Shown one piece after another: positions 1-12,300 of a stretch of DNA of 20,000 bases. This stretch comes from Catajapyx aquilonaris. Taxonomy: Eukaryota. The notes under the pieces were generated by a model. That model ran no database searches. It was not told the DNA's origin and saw only the letters and a program-made list of their open reading frames with translations. Position 1 is the first letter of the stretch. Every line of letters begins with the position of its first letter. The position numbers and the translations under genes were made by a program. The stretch is from positions 44,421 to 64,420 of the forward strand of contig KZ538528.1 of assembly GCA_000934665.2 (NCBI GenBank), written 5' to 3'.

Positions 1-1341
1 TTTTATATCACGTTGAAATAAGGTCTGGTTGGGGGAGGATGTGGATGGTTGGCTCGAAACGAGTGTAGATTGTGATAGAAGCGCGTTCCTGCGGAAGGTC
101 AAATATTGAGTCGGGTTTGCCTGAGTCTTTCTCTCTCCCTTGGCAGGCCCCACTTATCGGGTCCGTGCGGATCAGGCCCCGTATTATAACCCTATTCCTT
201 ACGGTTTGTTGCGATCCGTAAATCCCGAGCCAAACGGAGCGAAAAATGTGCTTAGTTTGGCGTGGTGAACACTGAGTGCGCAACTCAGAGGAGTTCTGAC
301 AGGCCCAAGATGCTGCGACCCTGCAGATTAGAAAATTGTATACCGAAACCCTCATCTTTTTTCTTTTTTTTTGAAGCTGCAAGATTATTTTTTAAAAACA
401 AAATAATATGCGTGATATAATGTGCGGATCATTACCTATGCTGCAGGGTCGTAAAATATTGGCGTCGTTATCACCTTGACACAACTGCGGGGGGGCGTCA
501 TTTCTTAGAAAATTGCATGCCATTAGTGAGATATATCTGTTGGGATTGTTTGTGTGCTGGGAGAATATTTCATTTGATTCAATAGTAACCACATAGACTG
601 GCGAACATAACACCAACAGCGCATGTGCATTGGGGGGAAAAATAACTCGGAATGTTTTGCTCGTGTCGCTAAGAAATTATTCATGGGGCTGTCACTATTT
701 TGACGGCTGCTGTACCGTTCATTGCATGGTCTAGTAATTATTGTCTTATGTGAATATGTCAATGTACCCGACTTTCTGTTTCCGACCATTACAATATTAT
801 TGAGGTTACTTTTTGTGTACAGCGGAATATCTAGGGTAGACCCTAGCATAGTGTAAATGACCTCAAAGACGACTCGTGTGAACAAGCTTTAATCGCCAGT
901 CTGCTAGTTGAATAATATTCCCGGGTTTGAAGACCGCAGCTCGCGATAAGCTTGCCTGTGACAAACGTGGGTCCGGAAGACCCGAGGTTAACGAAAAGGT
1001 GTGGCGCGAGTGCATCCGGATTTCACCAAGTCTCCGGGCCTTGCACACCTGACGTATTGCATTTGACACGCATGTGCCCAATCTGGGTCACGTCACATTC
1101 CAAACTCAGCCGTTGGACTTGTCACACATACAGGAGAGTACGAAAAGGAAGCGGCGATATCTGACGTATAGTGAGTCTATTATCAATTTTAATTACCGGG
1201 AAAAGGTAATCGGCAAATAATATTCCATTTATGTAATCACTGTACTTGCGTGAGATGTCTGGGCAGTGCAGGTACAACACTCTCATGAGGCTAACTGGAA
1301 TGTAAACCCTGATTATTGCGTACCTGCAGCACGGAATCATG

Positions 1342-1355
1342 CCATCCATCAATCA
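1342..1355 (-). promoter_or_regulatory. Overlapping Pbx-Hox type sites
   Basis: Minus strand TGATTGATGGATGG contains TGATTGATGG and TGATGGATGG, both fitting TGATNNATKR. Confidence 0.3.
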
Positions 1356-4300
1356 AGTCTGCGGTGATATTTTAAGTGATATAAGTGCACGGTATATAGT
1401 CGCTGCAAAATATTTGATTGCTCCCCTCCCACAATAATGCCTCCCAAATGAATGGGCGATATTGTTTTTTGGTAATTTGACAATGCTGGGAAATAACACA
1501 GTCATCAACGTTAACATTGGCTGTGAAATAGCGGTTGCAGAAAATTATTACCGGGCACTTCTGCTCTGATAAATGCTCTGCCCATATTATTTTAATGCGC
1601 ATTTAGGCTTTTCGAGAGCTGCGCAGATCCTCCCGGGGCATAACAGGAAACAACTTGGAAGCTGCAGCTGGCCCATTTCGGATAGTTGTAAGTTTAAAAT
1701 AACACAGCAGACAGCCGTTACTGTAATATATAATATTTAAAAAAAAGCCACGCTCAGCTTTACATTAACATACTCGTTAACGGAGTCATGCTATGCAATA
1801 ACGTAGAAATTATTGTATCATTATTGTAGTCAAACTTTATTTTTACTGCTATCCACCATTAAACGTGTGATTATCAGGTGATTTCAAGTAGGAGTAAATC
1901 GAAATATTCAGCTGCACATTACATGATGACGTGAATGGTTTTAGTAAGTGAAAAAATTTATTTGTACATATGACATCAGAAAAAAGTGGCTTTATTCGTA
2001 CCAATGCAGTTTGTGTTTCATAATTTATTTACCAGGTCATTGTGTTATTGCTATTTCATATTTCATATTTTTAGACACGCATAATACTCCTGCAATAACA
2101 GGAAAAATGGCTGCTCTCTAAACACGTCGGAAACTTCAATTTCCTCGAATTTTTCAGAGGCTGTTGCCCTATTCATGCGTTTTAATTGGCCTTGCGTCGG
2201 CACTAGAAACGTCCCATTAGCCTTTCTATTTGAATGCGCAGGTGGGGATCTGGCTCTTCACACACTATATACACACCCACTCACACACAGTGCATTACGT
2301 GCACGTTACAGTTCCGTCCCGGAGGCGATTCTTGACGGAATCCGTCATTAAATTATTTACCGACAGTTCCCATCATAAGCTGTTATTATCCGACTTGATG
2401 CAGGCTGCGGCTCCTGGTTTTGTACCGGCGATAATAGCCGCTCAGGACATGAACCGCACCACTCATTGAAGCGTTTTGCCGCAACCGACATGAAAGACAT
2501 GCAGCGCCGAGGTTTTGGAAAGGCAGTGCTGGGGCTGTGCTGGCAGAGAGCGGTTTGTCTGCTTAAATGTACTTACGATCTGGAAAAGCCCTCGCTACCG
2601 ACGTGGTCGGGTAATTAATCCCGTCTGTCAGATGACCGGCCAATATTTCAACGGGAAACGGAGTTAAATCCCCAGCGCCGCTTGCTGCCCATATTTTTAC
2701 TGCTTGCCCTCAAGAAGCTTAAGTGCCGGATGTGTGTGTGTGTGCGTGCGGATTTGTCATTTTTCAAACTGGAGAGTCATATAGTGACTGGGAGATGCGA
2801 TTTTTTTTGTGGGGAGAGGGATTCGCCATGGTTACAGGGGCTTCAGCTGCACGTATTGTGCTTCTTAGCATGATGTGCAAGAGCTGCACTTCAGAGTAAA
2901 GTGTGCTCATTATAGTGTAAGCAAGCACCTCTCACAATATTGTCAGGATTATCAGTTCAGTAGCATCACGAGTGTGAATGGCTTTATTCGCAGGGCCGTG
3001 AGTGTTTAAAAATGGACGGTGTTATGCAATAATGAGTCAACCCACATGAGAACAGTTTTGAGAAAAGGGACTGTGAAATTAATTCAATGTCATTTTCGAT
3101 CATTTATGGCAGAAATATGCAGATTTAATGATGTACGATCCTTTTCGGTATATGTTCCTGGACTTAGCTAAATTTTGACATTTTTGTTGGTTGACACATT
3201 ATTGCAAATATATAACCCAATAGATAAAAATGAATGGAAACAGTATTAGTGTAACATCCGAAGTCAAAGGTCGACCTACATTTAGAACTATTCTTTGCTC
3301 CCAAATAAAGCACAAATTTTGGTTACTTGATAATCGGTTCCGTAGAAAAGCAGTCTAGCATTGTTGCTGACTAATGAGCGTCAACGTTCCCCTGCTTCCA
3401 CAATGACCCCCTATTATTGTGGGTCGCATTAGGGGGAAGGAATCGTCCTGGAAAATTCCAATGATGGCAGTAAAGCCTGCAATATTTTCCCTCTCTCTTT
3501 GGATGAAGCTCTCTTCACCCTCACCCACACAAAGAGAGCAGCGCACCAGGATTTATTTGGGCATCATAACATTTCCTCCTTGCTTCCTCTACCTGCCTAG
3601 GCTCTCTTTTTTTTTACCTCCCACTCCTTCCTCCCTCCCACTCCTCCTCCCCATCTTCTCTTTTTATTGGCCCGGCTGCCTCGCAAATTCCTTTCCTTGT
3701 TATGCTGCAGGTTCTTTTGCCCAAGGAAAGTCTGGGGCTGGTTCCTGCCGGGTTTCCAATCTCCGATGAACACTTCCTCATTTTGCTTTCATTTCCACTT
3801 CTTCGGGGCATTTTGCTCTGCGATGATAATATTGTAGAAGGAAAAGAGAGAGATATGAGTCGTGGAAGGAGAGGAGGAAGAAAAGAAAAGAAAAAAATAC
3901 CTAGTCAAGAGGAACTCGCTTAATATACCATTTCTGGATGTAGCCTTTTTCCCTGTGAAACAAAAACATTTTTTATTCCGGACTTTCGTATCAATTCAGC
4001 TGATGAAAGTAGAGTTATTTTGTTGAGAATTTATTGCCTGACGTTTGTAAAGAATTTCGGGTGCACTAGGGGCTGTTTTATCATTTGTTTGCAAATTTTG
4101 GTGTCCCTCTTATGAATTTGGTTAATAGGTTGCATTATTTGCGGAATTTGGCACATTATTGCGAACAATAATTATTTCTTCATTATTACTTGTAGAAATC
4201 AGCACACAAGTCATGCATTTTCTTGGAAACAATTTTTCATTGAGAGGTTTAAAATAGAATGGCTCATATCTTATGATAATTTCATTTTATGGAGTATTTT

Positions 4301-5227
4301 TTTCCTAAATTTCAGCCACCTTGTCTGGCCTTTACTCAGCACAAGTTGGTCACTTTTAGCACGCTACGTCTCACACCATGCCACATGTCATTATTGATTG
4401 TGTTCCCTCCCCGTTACTTTACAGGACGTAGAAAAGTTGTAAAATAATTGCATCTAAGTTGACGTGACTTGTACGCCTGTCAAGCGGACATTGCAAACCA
4501 GCACGCAGACTTGCATCGAGGGTGAAAATTGGGAGGGGGTGGCAGGGAAGGGCAGGAAACTTGCAAATTTTCTCCAGGTTGAAGCCTATATATTGTATCG
4601 ATCTTGATGGCATACATTACCAGCCCTTTTCCCCCCTCCCCCCAACACATTTTTTTGGGGTCTCCTTCTCTGGTTACTTTCACCTAATGCTCCATACGTT
4701 TACTTGGCTGCAGAGCCCCCCCATCCCCTTTCCCCCTCCTGCCCTTTTTCCACCCCCGCTCACAAATGCGAATCCTATTACCAACCTCGTTTGAGTCAGA
4801 TGGGACCCAAAGTGAGGGGCGAAAAAAAAAAAACAGATTCAATGCTAACCAGGATAGCTCTCCAAAAAATCGCGTGTGGTCAACTAAACACCTGCTTTAA
4901 AAAAAATTGGAATCCGCCCACTGAAACAAGGGCCCAAGTCCACTTGCAGAATCGACTGAATTAACGAATTATCGCATACTCCGGATATTTGCATAGAAAT
5001 GCTAAACACCAACAGTGCGCCATATTCACTTTCATCCTTAAGTTTTTGTCTTACTTCATGAAGATTCTGGAACAATCTGGAGGCATGGCCGCCGCGCTTT
5101 TAATTAGCCGTCACACTCGCTGTCTAATGACGGATTAAAGTTTACGCCGAGTTGTGCCCTGCTAACTTTCAATCAAATGTAGGCCTCCCAAGTCAGAGTG
5201 AAGTGCAATCTTTGTCATTAGAGGCAA

Positions 5228-5265
5228 GGGGGGGGGGGGGGGGGGGAGAGAGAGAGANGGGGGGT
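5228..5265 (+). repeat. Poly-G (19 nt) plus (AG)n with an ambiguous base
   Basis: G run 5228-5246, AG repeats, N at 5258. Confidence 0.9.
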
Positions 5266-7161
5266 GAAGGTATGGCATCCAAGAGTCAAGACTGCTCGGC
5301 TTCCGTCGCAAAATTGCTGCTATGGAGGGAAAATGGGGAATGGCAAAAGGGAGAGATAAAAGCTTATAGTCTCGGGGAGCAGTGGGACAAGGGAAAAAGG
5401 AGGCATAAGGTATTTCCATAACGTGATGACAAAGAGGAACCGGCTGGTAGGGGGTCGCAGGGAAAAGTAAACCAGAGTGGAATTGTAGCAAATCGACCTC
5501 CTTGTTTTAAATTTCTCCAGAGACGCCTGTTTTTTTTGGAGGGGGGGGGGGAGGGTGGAGGCCACGTGAATTGAAAATTAATTCAGCTCCGGTTGCTCAG
5601 TACGAACTTTAAAACAATGGGCTTGTAACACGTACACACAATGTCCTGGACGGGTGTTTATAGGGCACGGTCTAATCTTGCTCGTCATGGACGTTGATAA
5701 CAAAACTCTGGGAGCTTAGCCCATTGTTGACGCTCAGCCCCTTTTCCTCATCCCGCCCCCGCCGCCTATTAAAAAGTGACATTTCGCAATCAGTTCCTGC
5801 CTGCAATTTCCGTTATGGCGAGGCCTCGTCCGCAGAAAATAATTAGACGCTCCCCCAGCGGTGCAGCTGCAGTGCACGGTGCTGCTCTACCCCTTGAAGG
5901 TAAATATGCACAGTCCCCCCCTGAATGGCACCCAAACCTCCAACTCATTAGAGGCCAGCTATATGTGCGAGGGCGGCCGCCTCAAGGTTGTGTAGATCAT
6001 ACGTCCAGATGCGATGCACTTGGAGATTGCAAACCCCCCCTCCCCCGCAATACGCCACCTAACGTAATAAGATACTCCCCAGAAACCACTCCCCGTGACC
6101 GTAAACGAGGTTTGCAGAGTGGAGGGTGGTCTCACTGTAGGCGCGCCTTGTTTGGCCAGAAAATGGTGTTTTGCGGGACTAGTCGATTACGACAGCTGGG
6201 TTCACACTGGCGGTCGTTGCCTTTGGCCAGTTTGTGGTTGGAAGTCGCAAAACGGTAGCAATTTTCATTTTTTAAAAAAAGGAGGCGAGTATGAACACAG
6301 ATTTGGCACAAAAATCGTAACTCCCATCATGAAAATTACGCCGCGAAGCACCTGCCAAAATTAGTTTAGCCCCACCCTTTGTGACTTGGTACCTGCACTG
6401 TGCACATGTACAGTAACGGTCGTGTTATGCTCACATTGGCGTTGCTGGCGATTATCTCGGTTTACAAGTGCTACTGTACCGCTTTTGAAATGAGCCAGCT
6501 ACATTTTTTCCCCCTCTGACTATTCTGGTGGTCGTCAGCACAATTTTTGTCTGTTCACATGCAGCTCACCAGCTTAAAAGGAAACCCCCCGAAAAAAATG
6601 TGGTCGGAAACATCCTGTCGGCTGACATGGCGTACCTTCCTACCTCGTTTTTTTTGTCTAGCTAAATTTCCAGCTTGCCAGCCTGGAGGATTCCCCCCGC
6701 CATTATTTAGCCCGAGAGATTCATAATTAACCAATCCGTGGTGGCACCTTCCATTTCCGAAAATTAAAGTGAGGGTTGTTTCTCCGTCGCCCGTGTCTTG
6801 AGGCTTCCCTCCCCCATTAGTAAAACGCGCAATCTGGCGGCCGGATATATGTATGAAAAGAACTTAATAAACTTAAGTGATTCGCCGCACACGTCCCCCC
6901 TCCCCTGCCTCAGGTCCCCATCTGGATTCGCCAAATAATTCTCCGGAGGCTCCGAGGATTCGCGTCATTGGGCGTGACGCTCCAGCACACGCCCTGGAAA
7001 ATTTACAGTGCAGTGTATGTTATAACCCAGGTTCTCAAAAAGTTGAAAACCTGACTTTGGGAGCTGCTGGAGCGCTTTTTGACACACATACAGTATAACA
7101 GGGAGGCTCGGATAAATAACGTGGCATAGGATTGAGCACACGTGGGTTCTGTGCAGCATAC

Positions 7162-7217
7162 CAGTTATGGATCTCACGTTGAAGTCGATTATGCACACAG
7201 AGTTGGACCTGAGCCAT
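7162..7217 (-). CDS. ERR: First coding exon segment (MAQVQLCVHNRLQREIHN+TG, phase 2) of a probable estrogen-related receptor (ERR/NR3B)
   Basis: ATG in good context (gacATGG), then 18 codons + 2 nt ending at TG|GTATGC. From memory, human ESRRG coding exon 1 encodes MDSVELCLPESFSLHYEE+2 nt (also 56 nt, phase 2) and ESRRB begins MDVSELC; M-x-x-V-x-L-C is shared with ESRRG. In-frame upstream ATGs (ORF from 7331) could extend the N-terminus. Downstream exons are not in the window. Confidence 0.65.
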
Positions 7218-7565
7218 GTCCAGGCAGCCAGAAAGTTCAGGGAGCAGAAAACTCAGTGGACTAGAGAGAACCCAGAGAGAGAACTTTGCAAAAAGCTCTC
7301 CCCCCATCCCCCCCAAAACCTGGCTACACATATGGCTTCAGGGAGTCTGTCTGTGTCTGGCCTGTCTGTCGGTGTGTCTGTCTGCCTATCTGCTCCGCAT
7401 GTAATGTTTGTTCAGATAACAGCCTGGCCCCCCCTCCTCTCTCTCTCTGCAAGCAGGGGTTTTCGAGGTTGGGTTTTGTGGCTCGCTTGCCGAACTGAAT
7501 CTCCCGACCACCCCTTGCTCTCTCTCTCTCTCTACTCTCTCTCTACTCTAATCAATAAAGCCAGG
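7218..7565 (-). promoter_or_regulatory. Putative proximal promoter and 5'UTR of the 7217 ATG exon
   Basis: Minus strand reads GGCTTTATTGATTAG (7562-7548), then a GA-repeat tract (7547-7519), an Inr-type TCAGTT (7498-7493) and TGGCTGCCTGGAC directly before the ATG. Confidence 0.45.
7518..7549 (+). repeat. Interrupted (CT)n microsatellite
   Basis: CT repeats with two CTA interruptions. Shorter GA/CT tracts lie near 7708-7723 and 9812-9826. Confidence 0.85.
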
Positions 7566-9047
7566 GAAATTTAGAGCATTCTTGGTGCTTGCCATACAAA
7601 AGAGGAGAGGAGTTAGCTTCAAATACTGTGGGATGTGCCCTAATTATCTCGGGGATACTAGTGGAAAGGGCCAGACCGCCGGGTTTGGATGAGCATGGAG
7701 TATGGAAGAGAGAGAGAGAGAGAAAAAGAGTGAAAAATCGAAGGTGCTCAGGTGTGGGGCTCGCTGCAATCGCGGAGGCTAAGAGTTTAATTAGAAAGCA
7801 CCTGAATAAAGTAATTCTTCGGTCTAATGTTAGAGTCAAGCGTATCGGTTACATTGCAGATTATGGAAGCAAAGTCTGCTGGGAAGTTCTTGGTGTTTTT
7901 CTATATTGGACGAGGAAAACTTTTCTATTGGCACTGTGTGTTGTTGCCATATGTTTGGCCTACACTCGCACAGCATCGTGTGACATTTGATCAGTTGTCT
8001 GGTGGTGACTTCTGATGTGTACAAATTCACTGGCAACTTATTGCCGTGTGATTGAGTGAAATATTAAATTTCGCCAAATCGACAAAGGCTTTCCCCCCCC
8101 AGTGTAGGCAACAATGAAGGGTGCGAATGGAAGGGTAGAGGGGGGAGGGAGGGAGGAAAACCGACGCAGCGATTTCCCCTCCTCTCATTTCTGTCCGATT
8201 CATTAACCAATAACCAATTCCATGGACCGACAGCAATTATGTCCCTCCCCACAAAACCCCCGACCAGTGCGTTACAACCGTGCTGTAAACTTACATTATC
8301 CAGCACATGCGAGCGCTCCCAAGATCATACGATATTCAGCACTTTGCATGGTGAAAAGCGCCTCCCTCCCCACCCCTATATATACCCCCTTGCCACCCAC
8401 TGTTAATAATCGACTGCTTTTTATACCCGGCTTGGAAAGAATCGGACCCGCTTTTGCTGCATGGCCGGCGCATACTAGTAGACGGCCATTTTTCATTAAC
8501 AGGGCCAGAAATTTCGGGAATGTCCCCAAATTCTTCGTCGGGCATCGACTCGGCCAAAGCACTGGGCACGAACCGGAATTGTTCGGACAACAAGCGTTCA
8601 CACGGGACATGTCCGTTTGTTGCTGTTCAATTTTTTATAAAGCAATAATAACTACTTTTCCACGCCATATTTTGCAGTTATTACCGCCCCCTTTTCCAAC
8701 ACGCCCCCGCCCATCTCCCGCCGGCACAATGCCTACCTTTTCGATTCGACATCAATTGTTCCTTTCGGAATAGGAGAAAACATTTCGGCAAGAGAGCCAT
8801 TAAACTGCAGGTGGGGACGTGAAGCGGGTTCCATTGAATTTCATGGACTTGGGGGGGAGCTCTGCGGGGCTTATGAAAGGGCGGCGGGAGAATATTGATA
8901 CTTTGTTCCTGTGCTAAGTGCATTGGAAGCCTTCGATCGAACCCAAAAGGGGCTGAAGAAGGTGGGGGAGAGGAGGAGGAGTAAGGGGAGGCGGAGAAAA
9001 GACGGTGGGAGGGACGCGACTCCTTCAAGTAAGTACAGGACACCTAC

Positions 9048-9380
9048 CAATTCTTGTAAAAGTAAAATCAACTAGTGCACACTGACATAAAACTGTGTGT
9101 TCCTTTTTCTGTTTTGCGATCCAGTCCTCGTTAGTTAATCAGATTTCTTTAAAAAGTTGTCTGCTTCAATATTTTACACCCGAGTATTTTTTTTAGCACC
9201 GGCCTATCGTGCTGCTGTCCGTAAACTTTGGGAGAAAACGCTGTGAGTTAGAGACAAAAGAAAATGTGGAAGTTTTCGAGTCCACTTGGGCTAACTGGAG
9301 CTTCTTTGGCCCACTTTTCTTAAACTTCATCCGACACCCTCGAGTCTCCAGACGCAAGTGTGCCGGAGAAGACTAATTAA
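9048..9380 (-). other. Putative non-coding (5'UTR) exon; 3' end uncertain
   Basis: Strong acceptor: CCTTAAC branch-like motif, long pyrimidine tract and CTGCAG| at 9381. All three frames close quickly. Best candidate donor is TTG|GTAGGT at 9048. Confidence 0.35.
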
Positions 9381-12300
9381 CTGCAGGAAAAAAAATAGAG
9401 AGAAAGAAGAGAAGAGGGGTTAAGGCAAGTCCGTGATTCCAAACAACACTTGATGTTTCACGACCTCTAGTTCTCTCTCTCTAAAAAAAATCTATTTATT
9501 TTTAGCCGATTTTATCAAGCTGCACTTTCAGTTCTTAACGCGATTTTTTTTTAAATGTTTTCAGTGCATTTGCGGCCCTTTTTGCTCAGATGCATCAGTT
9601 TTGAGAGTTAGTTAGCAATAAGTATGGCGACGAGGTGGAAAATTTGGGCTCTGTTGGAGGAGAGGGGGGTGAAGGGAGCATGGGATGGAGGGGGGGGGGA
9701 GGCAAACTTGTGTTCCTGCATTCAGCACGAGCTTGCAATGGGATTTCAGACTTGGATGGAATCTGTCGGATGGAGTCTCTGTCAGACACGGATTTTCCTC
9801 CCTCCCTTTCCTCTCTCTCTCTCTCTTCTTTCCCTCCTCTCTTCCCCCCTTCTCCATCTGACTCCTCAAAATAATCAATGTACTCGTAGAATTGCCCCTG
9901 CAGACTACGCCTCCAAACTGGATTTTCGGTCCCATTTGCGCTGGTGAACAGCCTAACCAAATCATTCCATTCGCTGCGATTTTTGCGCGAACCGGTCTGC
10001 TTGGCTTGAATGGCAGCCCTTTAGTGTTATGTGAGAGTCAATGTGTTTTGGTGAATTATGAGAGTGAGGGAACAGCATTTTTCTAAAGAAACTATTTCAC
10101 TTTGGGGTAATGTTGCTGTGCGTATAAGGACGCTCTGGCAGTTTGTCAAAATACGGCCATAACTTTCCACTGCGGTTTTTTTTTTTTGGTACAAGTATAT
10201 CAAAAAAGCACTACTGTCGAAATTATTCTTAAAAAAGGATTCAGTACATAATTTTATGAGGATCTGAATGGCTCCGTTTTTTGGGCTACTTTTTTCACAA
10301 TATTTTGTGGCAAAAATAATATTTTTAAAAAAACCTGCTGAAGAAGCTATATGAGCAATTTATAACCGGAAAGAATTAGTAATGATAGTGATTGTCGAAA
10401 CCTGTGATTATTTAAATTTTTTATTAGAAATCTCCTTCTGTCGTTCCCAATACCGATTCTGGCACTATAATTTGGCATGTACCTATATAATGGCTAAATT
10501 TCTGGGACCCACTTCCATCTCGATAGAAGAAAAAAAAAGCATACCATGGCATGTAAAAACACTAACAAGTGCAGAAAGCCAAACTTTTAAAAGCCATTAA
10601 AAAATGATCATGCAACTTGGTTTAAGTGACAAAAGGTTCAGACATTGCGGTGCTCCTATTACGTTAGATGTGGGCATGTAACTATCCCCCTACTTTATTA
10701 ATTATGCATAGATCCTATAGGAGCCTGTGGCTAATTTTTTGCGATTTTTTAAAGGGGAATGGAATGAAATATTTGCTCACTGCCGGACTTATGCTACTGT
10801 TCACTTAAAAAACGATGGATGCCCTGAAGCAAAAGAATTCCATTTTCGTTCTGTACTGCTCCTATCTTTATGCCCATATCTGGAATTTTTCCCAACGTCC
10901 CAAAAATTAATTTTTGTTCCCCTCTGCAAAAATGGGAACATAATTATCTAGATCTAAGCTATGCGTAGGTATGCGCTACAGATGGGCAGGAGATCCGCGC
11001 AATTTGTATCTGACGAGTGAAGCCAATGACAGTTGTGGTCCATCAGCAATTCGACCACTGTTTATCAGCAGATTAAACCCGGTTTTGGTTCATTCTCCGC
11101 AATCGCCATGCGATCATTTCAGCTGCCCTGGTTATCGAGTTGGGATGTGGGGGAGGACCCGTTTCCACACCCACACCCCCATGGACCATGTGCATGTCAC
11201 TCCGAATTATTTGGACGTCACCTCCCACCCCACATTGCTAATTATACTTACGATGCAAATTTTCCGGAGGGAGAATTAAGGCCGAATTTTCCAATTTTAA
11301 AATCCTTGCTGTGGGAGGCACAAATTTTAATCATAAGCTTTTCCCCCTCCCCTCCCCCCTACCTACCCCAGAAATTAACCTTCATCACGACCGGAAAGTA
11401 ACATTAATGCTACGGAGATTAGCCCAGGGTAGGAAGGGAAATTAAGATGTATAACCACTCTTTATGAACTTTCCATGTTATGCTATGAAGAAACTCGTTT
11501 ATTCATTCAGGGAGGTGGAAAAATAGCAGTAAATTTTTTAGTGCACTTTTGGCCCCCCGGTGCCTGCTTTTTCCCTCCCTCCCCCCAAAAAATATAGATT
11601 TGTGATGGTTTCCAGACCTCCTCGAATTTTCACATAATGGTCTACGTGGCATTTCTCTCGAATCCTGAGCGAGCGAAAAAGGGCACGTTTTCGCCTTCGA
11701 CGGTTTTCTGATGATCGATTTCAGGCTTTAATTTTTTAAACTGGCTACGGTTCCTTATTTTTTTTAAACGCAACCTGGTAAACACATAAATCCAAAAACA
11801 CTGAAAATTAAATCCTACACGTCCTAGCCCTAAAGGCACGCCCAAAAATGACATTTCGAATCGCAACACAATGCATTTTTTAAAAAAAACTCCCCACAAC
11901 ACCGCATTTCTACCAATAATTTTTCTCTGCAGTTCGTTTCACTCCGTGGAATTGCATACCCCTGGAGGGACGGGCACCCTCATCTCCCTACCACGAAAAA
12001 AAAAAATTACATGGAAACAATATACGATCCCCCCCGAAGGAGAAAAATGCCACGCGACTGGACTGCCGCACATGGTATTCCGAAATTTTGGCGCAACCTA
12101 CCATGTGAAATAGAAATAGATATAGAGCACATTCCCAGAATATTTTGTGCAAAAAAGCACATGTGGAACAATCTTTAACCTTATGGTTCTCTCAGATTCG
12201 TGCAGGATTTCTCGGGGTTTCTCTCACTGCGTAAGACCTATAAAAGTTCTCACACATAATTACAACCGCTGTGTACCGATCCGCACGTGTGTCACACAAT

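Noticed and set aside
318..340. miR-10-like string ACCCTGCAGATTAGAAAATTGT, with an 11-bp inverted match at 441-451
   Set aside because: Seed mismatch and no local precursor hairpin; the partner is about 115 nt away and short.
1296..1306. 11-nt match to the 5' end of miR-1 (TGGAATGTAAA)
   Set aside because: No complementary arm and the 3' half does not match.
2033..2089. 57-nt minus-strand AG...GT segment
   Set aside because: Stops in all three frames, AT-rich, weak donor.
2491..2501. 11-nt match to the 5' end of miR-71 (TGAAAGACATG)
   Set aside because: The rest diverges and there is no hairpin.
8811..9034. Plus-strand exon ending at CAA|GTAAGT, and other isolated plus-strand acceptors
   Set aside because: Poor acceptor and no coherent plus-strand exon chain, although an antisense lncRNA is not excluded.
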